From a virus: a stretch of 64,000 nt of DNA. The stretch is taken from IMG/VR virus record IMGVR_UViG_3300050122_000130, positions 31,489 to 95,488 of that record; one strand, 5' to 3'. Position 1 is the first letter of the stretch; the number at the start of each line of letters is the position of its first letter. This document shows, one piece after another, positions 28,539 to 38,255 of the stretch. The notes under the pieces are model-generated. The model had not been told where the DNA came from, ran no database searches, and was given only the letters and a program-made list of their open reading frames with translations. The translations under genes and the position numbers were made by a program.

Positions 28539-28777
28539 GGCAACGTGATCGTGCGCGGGTCATCGGCGCGGCCGGCGACGGTGATTAGTGCAGTGAAATT
28601 GCATTTTCTGCAGCGGACGGAATAGGTGCCGCACCGAGGCGCCGGATAACTCAGGTTGAAGCAACAAGACTTGGCGCCGGGCGGAGCACAATTGGCGTCA
28701 ATGCCGTTCGGATATTTCGGATTCGCTGGCTGCGTCGCAGTGCGACCGCTATCGTTGAACTTGATATCAATCGTCAT
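28517..28777 (-). CDS. Small Cys-rich hypothetical protein
   Basis: PRCG...C..C pattern. Confidence 0.55.
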   Translation of the reverse strand: MTIDIKFNDSGRTATQPANPKYPNGIDANCAPPGAKSCCFNLSYPAPRCGTYSVRCRKCNFTALITVAGRADDPRTITLPCKEIRH

Positions 28778-29251
28778 TCCGGCTTCTCCCGCGGCATATA
28801 ATAAAACGGTGGCATCTCGTCTCCCGGCTTCAAGGGATGTATACCGGCGACGCGCTCAGCCCACAGCATGCCCTCAACTCGATCCAGACAGGCACCATAT
28901 CGTTCCCAATTTCCAGTAGCCGCATTCAATGCTGACGGGTAAGCGGCATATCCGAAATCTTCGATGCGTGCGATATGTCGACCATCGTCGGTGACATACT
29001 CGTCGCATTCTTGATAGTTTGGATTTGGCACCCAGCCAGCCACTATTCGATTCCTGTTTTTATAAAACAATCGTCACAAACGATGCCTGTGTCGTCAGCA
29101 GGCACATCCGGATTTCGCGCGAAATGCTCAGCCATCGCCACGTCGTCTGGCCTGCCTTTGGTAAAGACGCCAAGACAGATCCAGCATCGATACTCGTTCG
29201 TCGGTGCCAGCCGACTATTTTCAGCAACAAGCCACTCGTCCGATACAACGA

Positions 29252-30097
29252 TCATGTGGGTGCTTTCCCATCTTTGATGAGACCCTCGACAATGAGCTGC
29301 ACGGCTTCCTTGCGATCGCGATAGAATGTCTGCCGCTGCACGCCGATGTCGGCGCATTTCTTGGTGATCTTCGCGCCCCACGCGCGCCACATGGCGCCGA
29401 GATTCAGGAAACCAGCCAGATCCGGATCATGGTCGTTTAGATAATCCATTGCCCAACCGAGCGCGTCTTCGGCCCGCCGGACTTCCTCTGTGCTCGGCAC
29501 ACCCTTGAAGCGGTGCGCGATCGCGTTGCGGAGAGACTTGTTGCCGGCCTGGTGCACCAAGTCGGAAACCTCGCGGACAATCTCCGGCATGGCATTGCCG
29601 AATTCCCGCGGTCGGACGCCGGATATACTAGATCGAAACAGGGTGCGGTAGGCTTCCTCCATCCGCGCTTCTACGAGCTCCGGCGTCCACTTCTCGCCGC
29701 GCACCGCTTCGGTCGCCGTGCGCTCCTGCTCTCGTTCGGCCCGCCGGCGAAGCAACACACCTTCGTCGATCGGAACGACGGCGCCAGCGAATGATTCGTG
29801 CTGATCTGCTTCGAGGCGCAAAGCCTGCATTTTTTCGTCGACATCGCCGAGGTGTGCCTTCATGTCTTCCGGCAGTGGTGCCATTACATCGTCATGGTCG
29901 ATATCGGCTTTGTCTCCTGTGTTCGTTATCGGCCAGTCCCGGCCTTCCACCAATCTGAACTTGATCCGTTTTTTGTGCTTGCTGAGGGTCTTCATTTCCG
30001 TCTGAAGTTCCAGACGACGACGCTTTCGATCTTCTAGGATTTCCTTCGTGTGATCGATCGGCTTTGTAGCCATGCTGCTCAACCCTTGCATTTCCAT
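29252..30097 (-). CDS. DUF6362-like / Q-like late transcription regulator
   Basis: WTPELVEARMEEA..TL, P...E..R.E.AL.W, C-terminal HTH. Confidence 0.6.
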   Translation of the reverse strand: MEMQGLSSMATKPIDHTKEILEDRKRRRLELQTEMKTLSKHKKRIKFRLVEGRDWPITNTGDKADIDHDDVMAPLPEDMKAHLGDVDEKMQALRLEADQHESFAGAVVPIDEGVLLRRRAEREQERTATEAVRGEKWTPELVEARMEEAYRTLFRSSISGVRPREFGNAMPEIVREVSDLVHQAGNKSLRNAIAHRFKGVPSTEEVRRAEDALGWAMDYLNDHDPDLAGFLNLGAMWRAWGAKITKKCADIGVQRQTFYRDRKEAVQLIVEGLIKDGKAPT

Positions 30098-30103
30098 TGC
30101 CTC

Positions 30104-32593
30104 CTAGAACAAACCTTCGAGGGGATTAGTTTCACCTGGAGCAGCCAGTGGCGACTGCTCCTTTTTCTTTTTCGGAATCGGCGGCCACTGCAGTCCCTTA
30201 CCATAGACTCGACGGCCTGTCGGCCAGACGAAGTGAATCATACGCGGTTTTTCTGTATCACCGGGCTCCGGAGTAAAATTCGGATCAATCATTTCGGCAA
30301 TGCCGATCACATTGTACTTCAGTAGGTCTTCACGGAAGCGGCGCGTGCGCGCCTTGATGCGGTTTTTGTATTTGCCGATGTCCTCGTCTTGCTCGCGCGG
30401 GTCTGTCTTTTGGTACTCCATGCCGAGCTGCGCCCAATTGATGACTGTCGCGACACTAGCCGGGAGACCTAGCGCCGTCGGCGGCGGACGACCGTTCATA
30501 TCGAGTGCTTTGAGCAGTGCCCGGAATACATCGACATTGTTGCCTCGAAGGAAGAACCCTTCCTGACGTTCTTTCGGTCCATCGCTTTCGACATCAGCAG
30601 GCACACTGCTTGCTGGCTCGACGGAAACCATCTGCGTGATGTCGTCTCCATCGTCGTCGATTCCAATTTTCACAGGCTCAAGAACAAATTCCCAAGTCAG
30701 GCGATCATCACCTTCGCGCTGTTTCATGATCTTACCACGGCGAATAACCCTGCCGTTGTCATCGCGTTTTTCTATACCTTTTTTCACATCGGTGTAGACG
30801 CGCTCGATCAGCACAGCAGTCTCAATGTTGTTAAAGAATTGCTCATTGCCGCGGTGCCTGCCTTCGGCGTTCGTATGCCCTATAACGATGAGCGGCGCAC
30901 CAGTCTTTTCTTTGATGATATCGTAGTTGGACATGATCTTGTTCATGTCGTCTGATTTTATTTCGCTCGATCCACGCGTCGCAGAGTTGTGCGTATCAAC
31001 CACAATTCCAGCCAGCGGAAACCTGAACAATTTAGCAATCTCGACGATCTCGGTCGCCAGTGCGACAACATTGTCTTCAGAAGCGAACAGATTAGGCGGT
31101 CGCGTTAGCCACGCGAAAGAGTGCAGGTCATCAATCTTTAAGTCGTGGTGCTTGAGATAAGCACGGAGACGATTCTCGAAACCTGTCGCGCCTTCATATG
31201 TCAAATAGATATAGCCGCCAGGAATAACCTTGCGACCGGCAAACGGCATGCCGCGCATAATGTGCATAATCATATCGAGACATTCGAACGTTTTTCCCGA
31301 TCGACTCGGCCCCATCAGCAGCGCGTTATCGTTCATGGGCAGAATGCCCTTAATGCGCCATGGATAGGCGCTGACCGCTTTTCCAAGGTCAGCAGATGTC
31401 TTGGCACCGAACCTCGACTGATACGGCTCAGGCACCCACGGCTTCAGGTTATCGACGTGTTCGAGCAGTTGATCTTTCGTGCCTCCGCCAGTGTCGCGCC
31501 AGTCCTTGACATCGCCCTTGACCGGGCATTTGTCCCACACATCACGGAAGTTCAGCGACTGCACGAGCTCGACGCCCACAGCCTGGAGCATCGGCGCGAT
31601 CTTCGCCACGCGCTCGGCGCCGGCGCGATCATTGTCCTGGAGCAGCACGACATGCCGCGCGCCGCGGAAGAATTCCGCGCACGCCGTAGTGAAGTGCTTC
31701 GCACCACCCGAATTGGTTACAGCGAGGAGTCCCCACTCCGCCAGCACGTCGACCTTTGCTTCGCCTTCCGGAATGAAGATCGTGCGCTGGTCATCCTTCG
31801 GCTCAGCGAGCTCGTCGATCACGGCATTCGCATTGTAGAGCCAGTGCTCCACGTTGCCGAGCTCGGCAAAATTTCGAACCGTGATGTTCTTCCAACTTAG
31901 CCGCTCTTCAGTGGCGCGCAGCCAAGCGGTACCGGTCGCGGTTTTTATGAAATCAAGCGGCTGATCTGTTTCTCGATCGACAACGTCAAGACCGAGGATC
32001 CACGCACCATCGCCGGCGGGCCGGCGGTGCAGGAATGTCTTCCACGTTTTTTTATCTTTAGTCTGACGCCATGAACCGTCGGGCAACCGTTCCTGCATCC
32101 GCACAGTTTGATAGAGCAGCGTGTTCTCGGAATCGAAGTAATCCCAGACGTGAATCACTTCCCGTTTGGCTCGTGCAACTTCTCCCACACGAGAGTCAGA
32201 CCTATTTTCTCCATGAGGCGACGGGCCCGGATCTCCGCCTTGGTTATCTCGAGGGTCGGATGCCGCTTCATGTCTAACTCCATTATGCGCAGGAGTAGAC
32301 CGTCCAGGTCTCTGCTCGAGGGTGATGCCCGCGCGGCGGGATAATTCTTCAACGGCGCCGACAAAAGTTAGCCCTCCATAGATTTGCATGAAGTCAAAAA
32401 TATCGTGCGGCTTTCCGTCTCCGCCACTCCCGAACTCACACCAGAATTTTTTATTGTCGTTAACCGTGAATGATTCATTCTTGTCGACGACGTACTCAGA
32501 ACCTTTTTTGATAAGCTTGAAGTGCGATCCCACGACTTCGCTGACCTTCACACGATCCCGAATCTCGTTGAGCTGTCGTTCTTCGAATGCCAT
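30104..32593 (-). CDS. DNA primase-helicase (CHC2-like N-domain, TOPRIM, AAA_25/RepA-type helicase)
   Basis: EGEAKVD, DND.AG TOPRIM motifs; GPSRSGKT Walker A, VVDT, K.REG. Confidence 0.85.
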   Translation of the reverse strand: MAFEERQLNEIRDRVKVSEVVGSHFKLIKKGSEYVVDKNESFTVNDNKKFWCEFGSGGDGKPHDIFDFMQIYGGLTFVGAVEELSRRAGITLEQRPGRSTPAHNGVRHEAASDPRDNQGGDPGPSPHGENRSDSRVGEVARAKREVIHVWDYFDSENTLLYQTVRMQERLPDGSWRQTKDKKTWKTFLHRRPAGDGAWILGLDVVDRETDQPLDFIKTATGTAWLRATEERLSWKNITVRNFAELGNVEHWLYNANAVIDELAEPKDDQRTIFIPEGEAKVDVLAEWGLLAVTNSGGAKHFTTACAEFFRGARHVVLLQDNDRAGAERVAKIAPMLQAVGVELVQSLNFRDVWDKCPVKGDVKDWRDTGGGTKDQLLEHVDNLKPWVPEPYQSRFGAKTSADLGKAVSAYPWRIKGILPMNDNALLMGPSRSGKTFECLDMIMHIMRGMPFAGRKVIPGGYIYLTYEGATGFENRLRAYLKHHDLKIDDLHSFAWLTRPPNLFASEDNVVALATEIVEIAKLFRFPLAGIVVDTHNSATRGSSEIKSDDMNKIMSNYDIIKEKTGAPLIVIGHTNAEGRHRGNEQFFNNIETAVLIERVYTDVKKGIEKRDDNGRVIRRGKIMKQREGDDRLTWEFVLEPVKIGIDDDGDDITQMVSVEPASSVPADVESDGPKERQEGFFLRGNNVDVFRALLKALDMNGRPPPTALGLPASVATVINWAQLGMEYQKTDPREQDEDIGKYKNRIKARTRRFREDLLKYNVIGIAEMIDPNFTPEPGDTEKPRMIHFVWPTGRRVYGKGLQWPPIPKKKKEQSPLAAPGETNPLEGLF

Positions 32594-32600
32594 TTTCTTT

Positions 32601-33137
32601 TTAGACCAGTCCTGTGAACTTTGGCCCACCATGGTGGCGATGATCGAATAAATACCAAGCGGTGTTATCGACTCCGACGTCCGTCGTCCCCGGTATCCAC
32701 CGCACTCGGCCGGCGCTGACAATATGCTTGCATCGGTCGAGATATTGTTCAGCCTGCCTTGTGTGCATGTAGTCAGCATCCAGCAAGACCCAGAGCGGAA
32801 GCAGAGACGACAGGCGGTCGATCAGATCGTGAAGGATTTCACGAGTCCAAGGTAGGTTAGTGACAAACATCTCAGCCCGTGAACCGCGGCGCCAGCGCTT
32901 GTCCAATGTCAGCGCGTCGCGCCTCTCGATCCACTTTCGGCCAGGCTTTATATCGCAAGCATAGACGCACTCGTGACCGTGCCATTTCATAGACTCGATC
33001 AGATCACCGTTACCTGCACACGGCTCGGCATATAGCAGCCCGCTAGGCAAATGACGCTGAAGAATACGGACCGGGCTCGGATCCCAGGTCATGTATTTGT
33101 CCTTGGGTATCCGCTCGAAGTTCGACCTCTTGCTCAC
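32601..33137 (-). CDS. Small SAM-dependent DNA methyltransferase-like protein
   Basis: EPCAGNGDL motif I, VTNLPW motif IV-like, GRVRWI. Confidence 0.7.
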   Translation of the reverse strand: MSKRSNFERIPKDKYMTWDPSPVRILQRHLPSGLLYAEPCAGNGDLIESMKWHGHECVYACDIKPGRKWIERRDALTLDKRWRRGSRAEMFVTNLPWTREILHDLIDRLSSLLPLWVLLDADYMHTRQAEQYLDRCKHIVSAGRVRWIPGTTDVGVDNTAWYLFDHRHHGGPKFTGLV

Positions 33138-34303
33138 TGGCCGACTTCCTTCATGATGAAGCCGAAGCCCTTGAAGAACTCGATCGACAATCCCAGCGTC
33201 TCGATCTTCGGGTTCATGATCGAGGCTAGATCGCGGATCGTCGCTTCAGCGTCCGATCGAATGCCGACAGCGGCTCCCAAAAATTTGGCGTCCAAGTGCC
33301 CCTTACCCATCGCGGCACGTAGCCGCTGCGCGATCAAGAATTCGCGGGTATGGAGCACCACAGATTTGTCGCCGTGTTGGAACGAGCTACCGTTACCGCG
33401 CGCCGGCGGACCAAGCTTCGCCCCGGGCGTCACCACATGACGGGGACCTTCGGTCGGCCGGACCGCCGGCGGCGCGCGCGATGGCTCGACTGGCAAAACC
33501 TTGCGGCTCGCGTCGATCTTTTCCTGCGGCGTCAGCGGCAGCAGATAGTTCAGACCGTCCTTGCGCAGCTTCCCGCGCTTGGCGAACTCGATCAGGTTCG
33601 ACTTCCACGCGTCCGGACAGGCGCCCCACCAGCGATTCCGCACGAACATCAGGATGGCCGGCGCCGACGACGGTTCCTTCAGTTCCTTGAGTGCAGCAAC
33701 CGCCATTTCAAGATTAGTCGGGCAATTGGCCGGGCGATCGTCATTGGCGCGGCCGCCAATGGACGGCTGTTCCGGGGATTTGCGGGCCTCGCTGGTGCGT
33801 TTTTCCGGCTCTGGGGTACTTTCCCTGCGGATAACCCCGCTTTCGTCTACGCGGCCTTTGTAGCCGTGATTGTCGGTAACGAGGGTTCCAGGTTCCAGTA
33901 GCGGCCGCCACCGCGGACAAGCTGGATTGTGACCCAAGCCTTCCTTTCGATCCACGCATGTGCACGGCGGGTCAGGTTCCGGCTCGGCAGGAACCTTGGG
34001 CTGCTCCGTTTTTACCTCTTGGATATCGCTGGCGATCGCCGTCTTCGGTTTTTGGGATGGCGAACCACTCCGCCGGAGTTCTTCCGTGGCTCGAATAAAA
34101 TCGGCGCGAGCTGCATCATAGCCGCGCTGGTACTCTGCCTGCGAAGCGACAGCATGATTTGATTTGCCAGCCTGAAAGCCAGAATCAAAACCGCGCTTAA
34201 ACTCAGCATTGAGCAGCTTTATAAATCCATTCCAATCGATCGACTCACAGATTTTTTCCATTGTTGCGTCGTCTTCAAGGTCTTTTTCTTTTTCAGTGCT
34301 CAC
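33134..34303 (-). CDS. Hypothetical multidomain protein
   Basis: Long ORF in the operon, Pro-rich linkers. Confidence 0.6.
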   Translation of the reverse strand: MSTEKEKDLEDDATMEKICESIDWNGFIKLLNAEFKRGFDSGFQAGKSNHAVASQAEYQRGYDAARADFIRATEELRRSGSPSQKPKTAIASDIQEVKTEQPKVPAEPEPDPPCTCVDRKEGLGHNPACPRWRPLLEPGTLVTDNHGYKGRVDESGVIRRESTPEPEKRTSEARKSPEQPSIGGRANDDRPANCPTNLEMAVAALKELKEPSSAPAILMFVRNRWWGACPDAWKSNLIEFAKRGKLRKDGLNYLLPLTPQEKIDASRKVLPVEPSRAPPAVRPTEGPRHVVTPGAKLGPPARGNGSSFQHGDKSVVLHTREFLIAQRLRAAMGKGHLDAKFLGAAVGIRSDAEATIRDLASIMNPKIETLGLSIEFFKGFGFIMKEVGQ

Positions 34304-34588
34304 GATCGCTTGCCCTTCTTGTCGTCCGCCGCATTGCGCTGCATCTCGGCCCGCTCGAGTCCTTCGACCAGCGCGCGGATATCTCTCATAACCTGGAGTT
34401 CGCGGCGCCAGCCGGCCAACATCAACTTTTCCCCGCAATCCTTACTCAAGCAACTGATGACTTCGTTGGTCTCCGGATCCCGCGCGCCGCACGTCGGCTC
34501 GCGACACTCCATCGATGCGCGCACGGCCAGGGACGCCAGACGATCGAGCACATAATCAAATATTCGATCCCGCGGTCGTTCGACCTTC

Positions 34589-35149
34589 TCAGTCTGGGAT
34601 GTCAAGGTTTTCCCCCTCACGGCGCCACATGCGCGCGCCGTAAACCGCAATCAAATAGGCCTCCGCGCGGTGCTGGTGATACTTAAATTTGAGAAACGGC
34701 GCGCACGATGGATATCGCTGAAGCACGAGCTGGCGCGCGGCGTCGTCGGTACCGCTGCCCTTTTTCTTTCCTCTTAGATTGAAGCCGGCTTTCCATGTTG
34801 CCGGCGGCACCGTGCGCAGCGGTATCTCGAGGCACGCCACCACGGCGCGCAGCGCGAAGTACGAACCGGCGAACCGGAACATTGAAGTTGCTCCCCATGG
34901 ATCCGTTTCCAACTCTCCGGTCTCCGGATTTTTCTTTTTGGGCACGAACGCGTTAACCTGTTCGATGAAGCACACGTTCGGCTTCACCGACCAGATCAGA
35001 TCGCGGACACCGACATAGTCGATTTCCCGCTTATTGCCTTCTCCGACGGCAGGAATGTCAAACATCCATTCGACATTCGGTACCGGCTCGTCCGGGCAAT
35101 AAAGCGCACCAGCACCCGTGATGCCCGGATCCAAACCAAGGATTCGCAC
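34589..35149 (-). CDS. RuvC-like Holliday junction resolvase
   Basis: ILGLDPG..GA, FIEQV, V.P..WK, RAEA.LIA. Confidence 0.8.
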   Translation of the reverse strand: MRILGLDPGITGAGALYCPDEPVPNVEWMFDIPAVGEGNKREIDYVGVRDLIWSVKPNVCFIEQVNAFVPKKKNPETGELETDPWGATSMFRFAGSYFALRAVVACLEIPLRTVPPATWKAGFNLRGKKKGSGTDDAARQLVLQRYPSCAPFLKFKYHQHRAEAYLIAVYGARMWRREGENLDIPD

Positions 35150-35153
35150 GGGA

Positions 35154-36851
35154 CTAATCCCAGCGATCGATTTTGTACGACGTCCAGGCTTTGCCGGCGA
35201 ACACTCGCAACACGACTTGCGCATGCTGCTTGTGGATCGGCCAACCGCACGCCGACGCGCTCTCGCGACCGCTCAATTCAGCGGACTTCGAGTAAGCCTC
35301 GATCGTCGATCGAACCGCGTGAAGATCCGATTTCAGATGCTCCGGAAACAGTGCATTCCCTTGGCCACGACGCGTATCCGCGCAGCCGTCCAAGATGATA
35401 AATGCGCTCATTCCGAGTTCTGGCATCGGCCGCGGGCCCCACATGCAAGGCGCCCCGACGATCGCGTTTGCTTTCACCCAGGATCCGGCATGCAGTTTCC
35501 ATTGATCCGGTGAAGATCCACCGTGATAGGTGTACCACCCAACCGGATTACGATAATGATCGCTGTCCCATTTTATAATCGGCGGAGCATCCAGATTCAC
35601 AGCCGTCGTCAAAGCACAATAGGGACCATAACCATGCGGAATCTGCACGTCGATCAACTCGGCTGAGATCAAGATGGTTCGCACGAACTTGTCCCAAGTC
35701 ATGGTGATCGGCGGCAGATCTACTGATGGCACTGACCCGCCGTAAGTACGGCCTTCCTTGGTCTTGATGTGTCCGAACACGCCGCCGACGTCAGCCTTTA
35801 CCGCACGGCGATACTCACCCCACGTCCAGAGCGCGTCCTCAAGCGGCAGATCATCCAGCCGGGCGAACCGACGCTCCAGCGACGGAGCGATTCCGAGTTT
35901 CTCTACGAGCTGCTCGGCCGCGCGCACATTGCCAACCGACGGCGCAGCCTGCGGCCGCTGGTACTGCAGCGGATGAAGCTTGTCGGCATGCTTGCGCTTG
36001 ATATCGGCGAACGGCACGCCGGCAACGATATCGTCTAGCAGCGGCCCGATCACTGAGGACTTGATGTGGCAAAAACCTTCCGGCGCCAGCGCCACCGCAC
36101 GCCACAGAATATTATCCCGAACCTGCCGCTTGCCGGGACCCTTCGGCCAATCGTGCAACGCGCGCAGCCACCTCACCGGTCCGATAAACTTATCGCTGCG
36201 ATCAAGCGTGCCGGACTCGAGCACGCGCAAGGCCTCGTCCAGTACCGCCGGAGAATATTCGCCCATCGCAAATAGAACAGTCTGAGCGTTTTGCGTGACA
36301 GCCGCAACGGCTTGGTTAGGCTCGAGCGCGCGATCGCGATGGAGAAACTCCGGCGCTGGCACGACAGAGATGTGATTCCAGAACTCGCCATAGCCTTTTC
36401 CGTCGCTTACCGGCGTTCCCCATGTCGTTGCCTTCGTGAGAAAAACACCTGTCACCCTCGCCTTATTGACGATGTTGTGCAGTTCGATAAAGGCGGCTTT
36501 GTAGAAGTCCGGCACACCGTTCGCGCGCCACATCACCGGCCAAGTCTGACCGTCGGCAGAAATACAAACCAGACCTCCGTACCTCTGGATAAAGCGCCGA
36601 CAGCAGTTGCAGTTATGCACCTGACGAGCAGCTTTTCCCGGGATCATCTCCAGATATTTTTCCCACAGACCCGTAGCATCCGTGGTGAACAGCCGCGTTT
36701 GACCGCGCACTGCAGTTTCGAAGGAACGCCGCACGCCGAGCAGCAACTCCGAATAGTCAAGATCGTGGTTATGCACCGGCTGGGCACGAGCCGTTGCTTT
36801 CGCAGCCCGTGAAGTGGTCGCAGTTTTAGAACGTCGCGGATGATTTATCAT
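35154..36851 (-). CDS. Conserved hypothetical phage protein (565 aa)
   Basis: HNCNCCRRFI.RYGGLV, PLQYQRP.A.P, SL.RRFA motifs. Confidence 0.7.
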   Translation of the reverse strand: MINHPRRSKTATTSRAAKATARAQPVHNHDLDYSELLLGVRRSFETAVRGQTRLFTTDATGLWEKYLEMIPGKAARQVHNCNCCRRFIQRYGGLVCISADGQTWPVMWRANGVPDFYKAAFIELHNIVNKARVTGVFLTKATTWGTPVSDGKGYGEFWNHISVVPAPEFLHRDRALEPNQAVAAVTQNAQTVLFAMGEYSPAVLDEALRVLESGTLDRSDKFIGPVRWLRALHDWPKGPGKRQVRDNILWRAVALAPEGFCHIKSSVIGPLLDDIVAGVPFADIKRKHADKLHPLQYQRPQAAPSVGNVRAAEQLVEKLGIAPSLERRFARLDDLPLEDALWTWGEYRRAVKADVGGVFGHIKTKEGRTYGGSVPSVDLPPITMTWDKFVRTILISAELIDVQIPHGYGPYCALTTAVNLDAPPIIKWDSDHYRNPVGWYTYHGGSSPDQWKLHAGSWVKANAIVGAPCMWGPRPMPELGMSAFIILDGCADTRRGQGNALFPEHLKSDLHAVRSTIEAYSKSAELSGRESASACGWPIHKQHAQVVLRVFAGKAWTSYKIDRWD

Positions 36852-36914
36852 GGTCTTTCTCTCCGAGCCCCGAAATGGAAACGCTGAGGCGCACGTTTAT
36901 TTAACGGGAAAAAT

Positions 36915-37469
36915 CTAATGCGGCTTGCCGCGGCCGACTTGGTCAATTGGATCTTCGCCGTCGCCCTTCTTTAGACCAGCACCGGCTTTTGCCGCAAGAT
37001 CGGCGACTGGATTACTGGTCGCACTCGCGCCTGGTTGGCGCAGATGCGATGGTCGCGGATCTTCTTCACCGTCCTCATCGACTTCACGAGCCACACCGTT
37101 GACGTCCTTGTTGCCACCGATCTCGCCTTCGCCAAACAGGCGTCCCTGAAGATTGGCGAGCTCGTCCAGCTTGTAGAATTTCCGATACTTGTCGAAGTTC
37201 GCCAGCCACACCGCAAGCTTCTCGGCGTTCTTAGCGTCCCCGTCGCCGAACTTGTCGTAGAGCGTCTTCACGACCTTGAACGATGGGATGTGCAGGAACT
37301 TTTTCTTGGCGATATCGGAGGCGTCCTTTAACTCCTCTTTGGCCCCATCGATCGTTTCGGCCACATCGTTAAATGCGCCATTGAAAGTCTTGATCGTGGA
37401 ATCCGCGGGAACGCGGATTTCCTTACCGGTCGGCTCCTGGCCAGATTCGGTGACGGCTTTCTTCGGCAT
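36915..37469 (-). CDS. Hypothetical protein, weakly GapR/DsbA-like DNA-binding
   Basis: Helical ELKD....AK, FD.Y....L...Q..LF pattern; first gene of the leftward operon. Confidence 0.45.
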   Translation of the reverse strand: MPKKAVTESGQEPTGKEIRVPADSTIKTFNGAFNDVAETIDGAKEELKDASDIAKKKFLHIPSFKVVKTLYDKFGDGDAKNAEKLAVWLANFDKYRKFYKLDELANLQGRLFGEGEIGGNKDVNGVAREVDEDGEEDPRPSHLRQPGASATSNPVADLAAKAGAGLKKGDGEDPIDQVGRGKPH

Positions 37470-37834
37470 CGATCAGCTCCCAAATGGTTGCCCGGCCCCC
37501 GAGGACAAGCGATTGATTCGGGGAGCCGGGCGTTTGCATGTCGCGGGATAGGGACCGCGTCAGCAACTGGAATTTTTCAGGGAGCCCCATCGATAGAATC
37601 AACCGCTGGCATGGTTGTGGTCCGAGTCGGTGACCAAGGTCAATAGATGGCAACCATGTGGCAGTGAGCCGGCAGAACGATGAGGAAGCGCGCCCTCGCG
37701 CGCGGATTCACCAGTCTTAGAGACCTGTAGAAAGAAACAAGCGCCCTCTATCGAGGGCTTTCTATCAGCGTACTCGTAGCCCGCGCGCGAAAGCTGTGTG
37801 GTCGATTCCTGAATTGCCCGTCAAGTCCTATGGA

Positions 37835-37936
37835 GGGTACGCAGAGGGTACGAAAAAGTGGGTACGCCGGCTGATACAGGGTACGTGCACCCAAAAAAGA
37901 TGTTGCGATCTCAATGGTTTAAATTTTCGTACCCAC
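37835..37936. repeat. GGGTAC repeat array, copy B
   Basis: Direct copies at 37835, 37846, 37860, 37879; inverted TTCGTACCCAC at 37926-37936. Confidence 0.7.
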
Positions 37937-38013
37937 TTTCGTCGACCGGGCCGATAAATATTTTTTATCCACAGGGCCGCGCCGGCTGTGAACAACCTAT
38001 CTGAAAATGAGGG

Positions 38014-38047
38014 CTTGAATTTACTAAACTGTTGGTATAGTGATTTG
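38014..38047 (+). promoter_or_regulatory. Rightward early promoter with operator
   Basis: CTTGAAT...GGTATAGT; operator ACTAAAC-TGTTG-GTATAGT (38023-38041). Confidence 0.6.
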
Positions 38048-38090
38048 TCCGCCGGCGAATCGTCCGGTTGCCGCAGAGGAAGATGCAGCA

Positions 38091-38255
38091 ATGAATAAAA
38101 CCAACGACCTTGGTGCTGGTTGGTATGCCACCTTCAATGCGGATGGTGAGCTAAGCGTCCACACTCACGACTTCAGAACCGAGATACGGTTGCCATTAAA
38201 ATCGGTTGAGAAACTGCGCGAGATATTCCGGTCTTCAACTCCGGTAACCCAGTGA
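38091..38255 (+). CDS. Hypothetical protein
   Basis: First ORF after the promoter, GAGG RBS. Confidence 0.5.
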   Translation: MNKTNDLGAGWYATFNADGELSVHTHDFRTEIRLPLKSVEKLREIFRSSTPVTQ

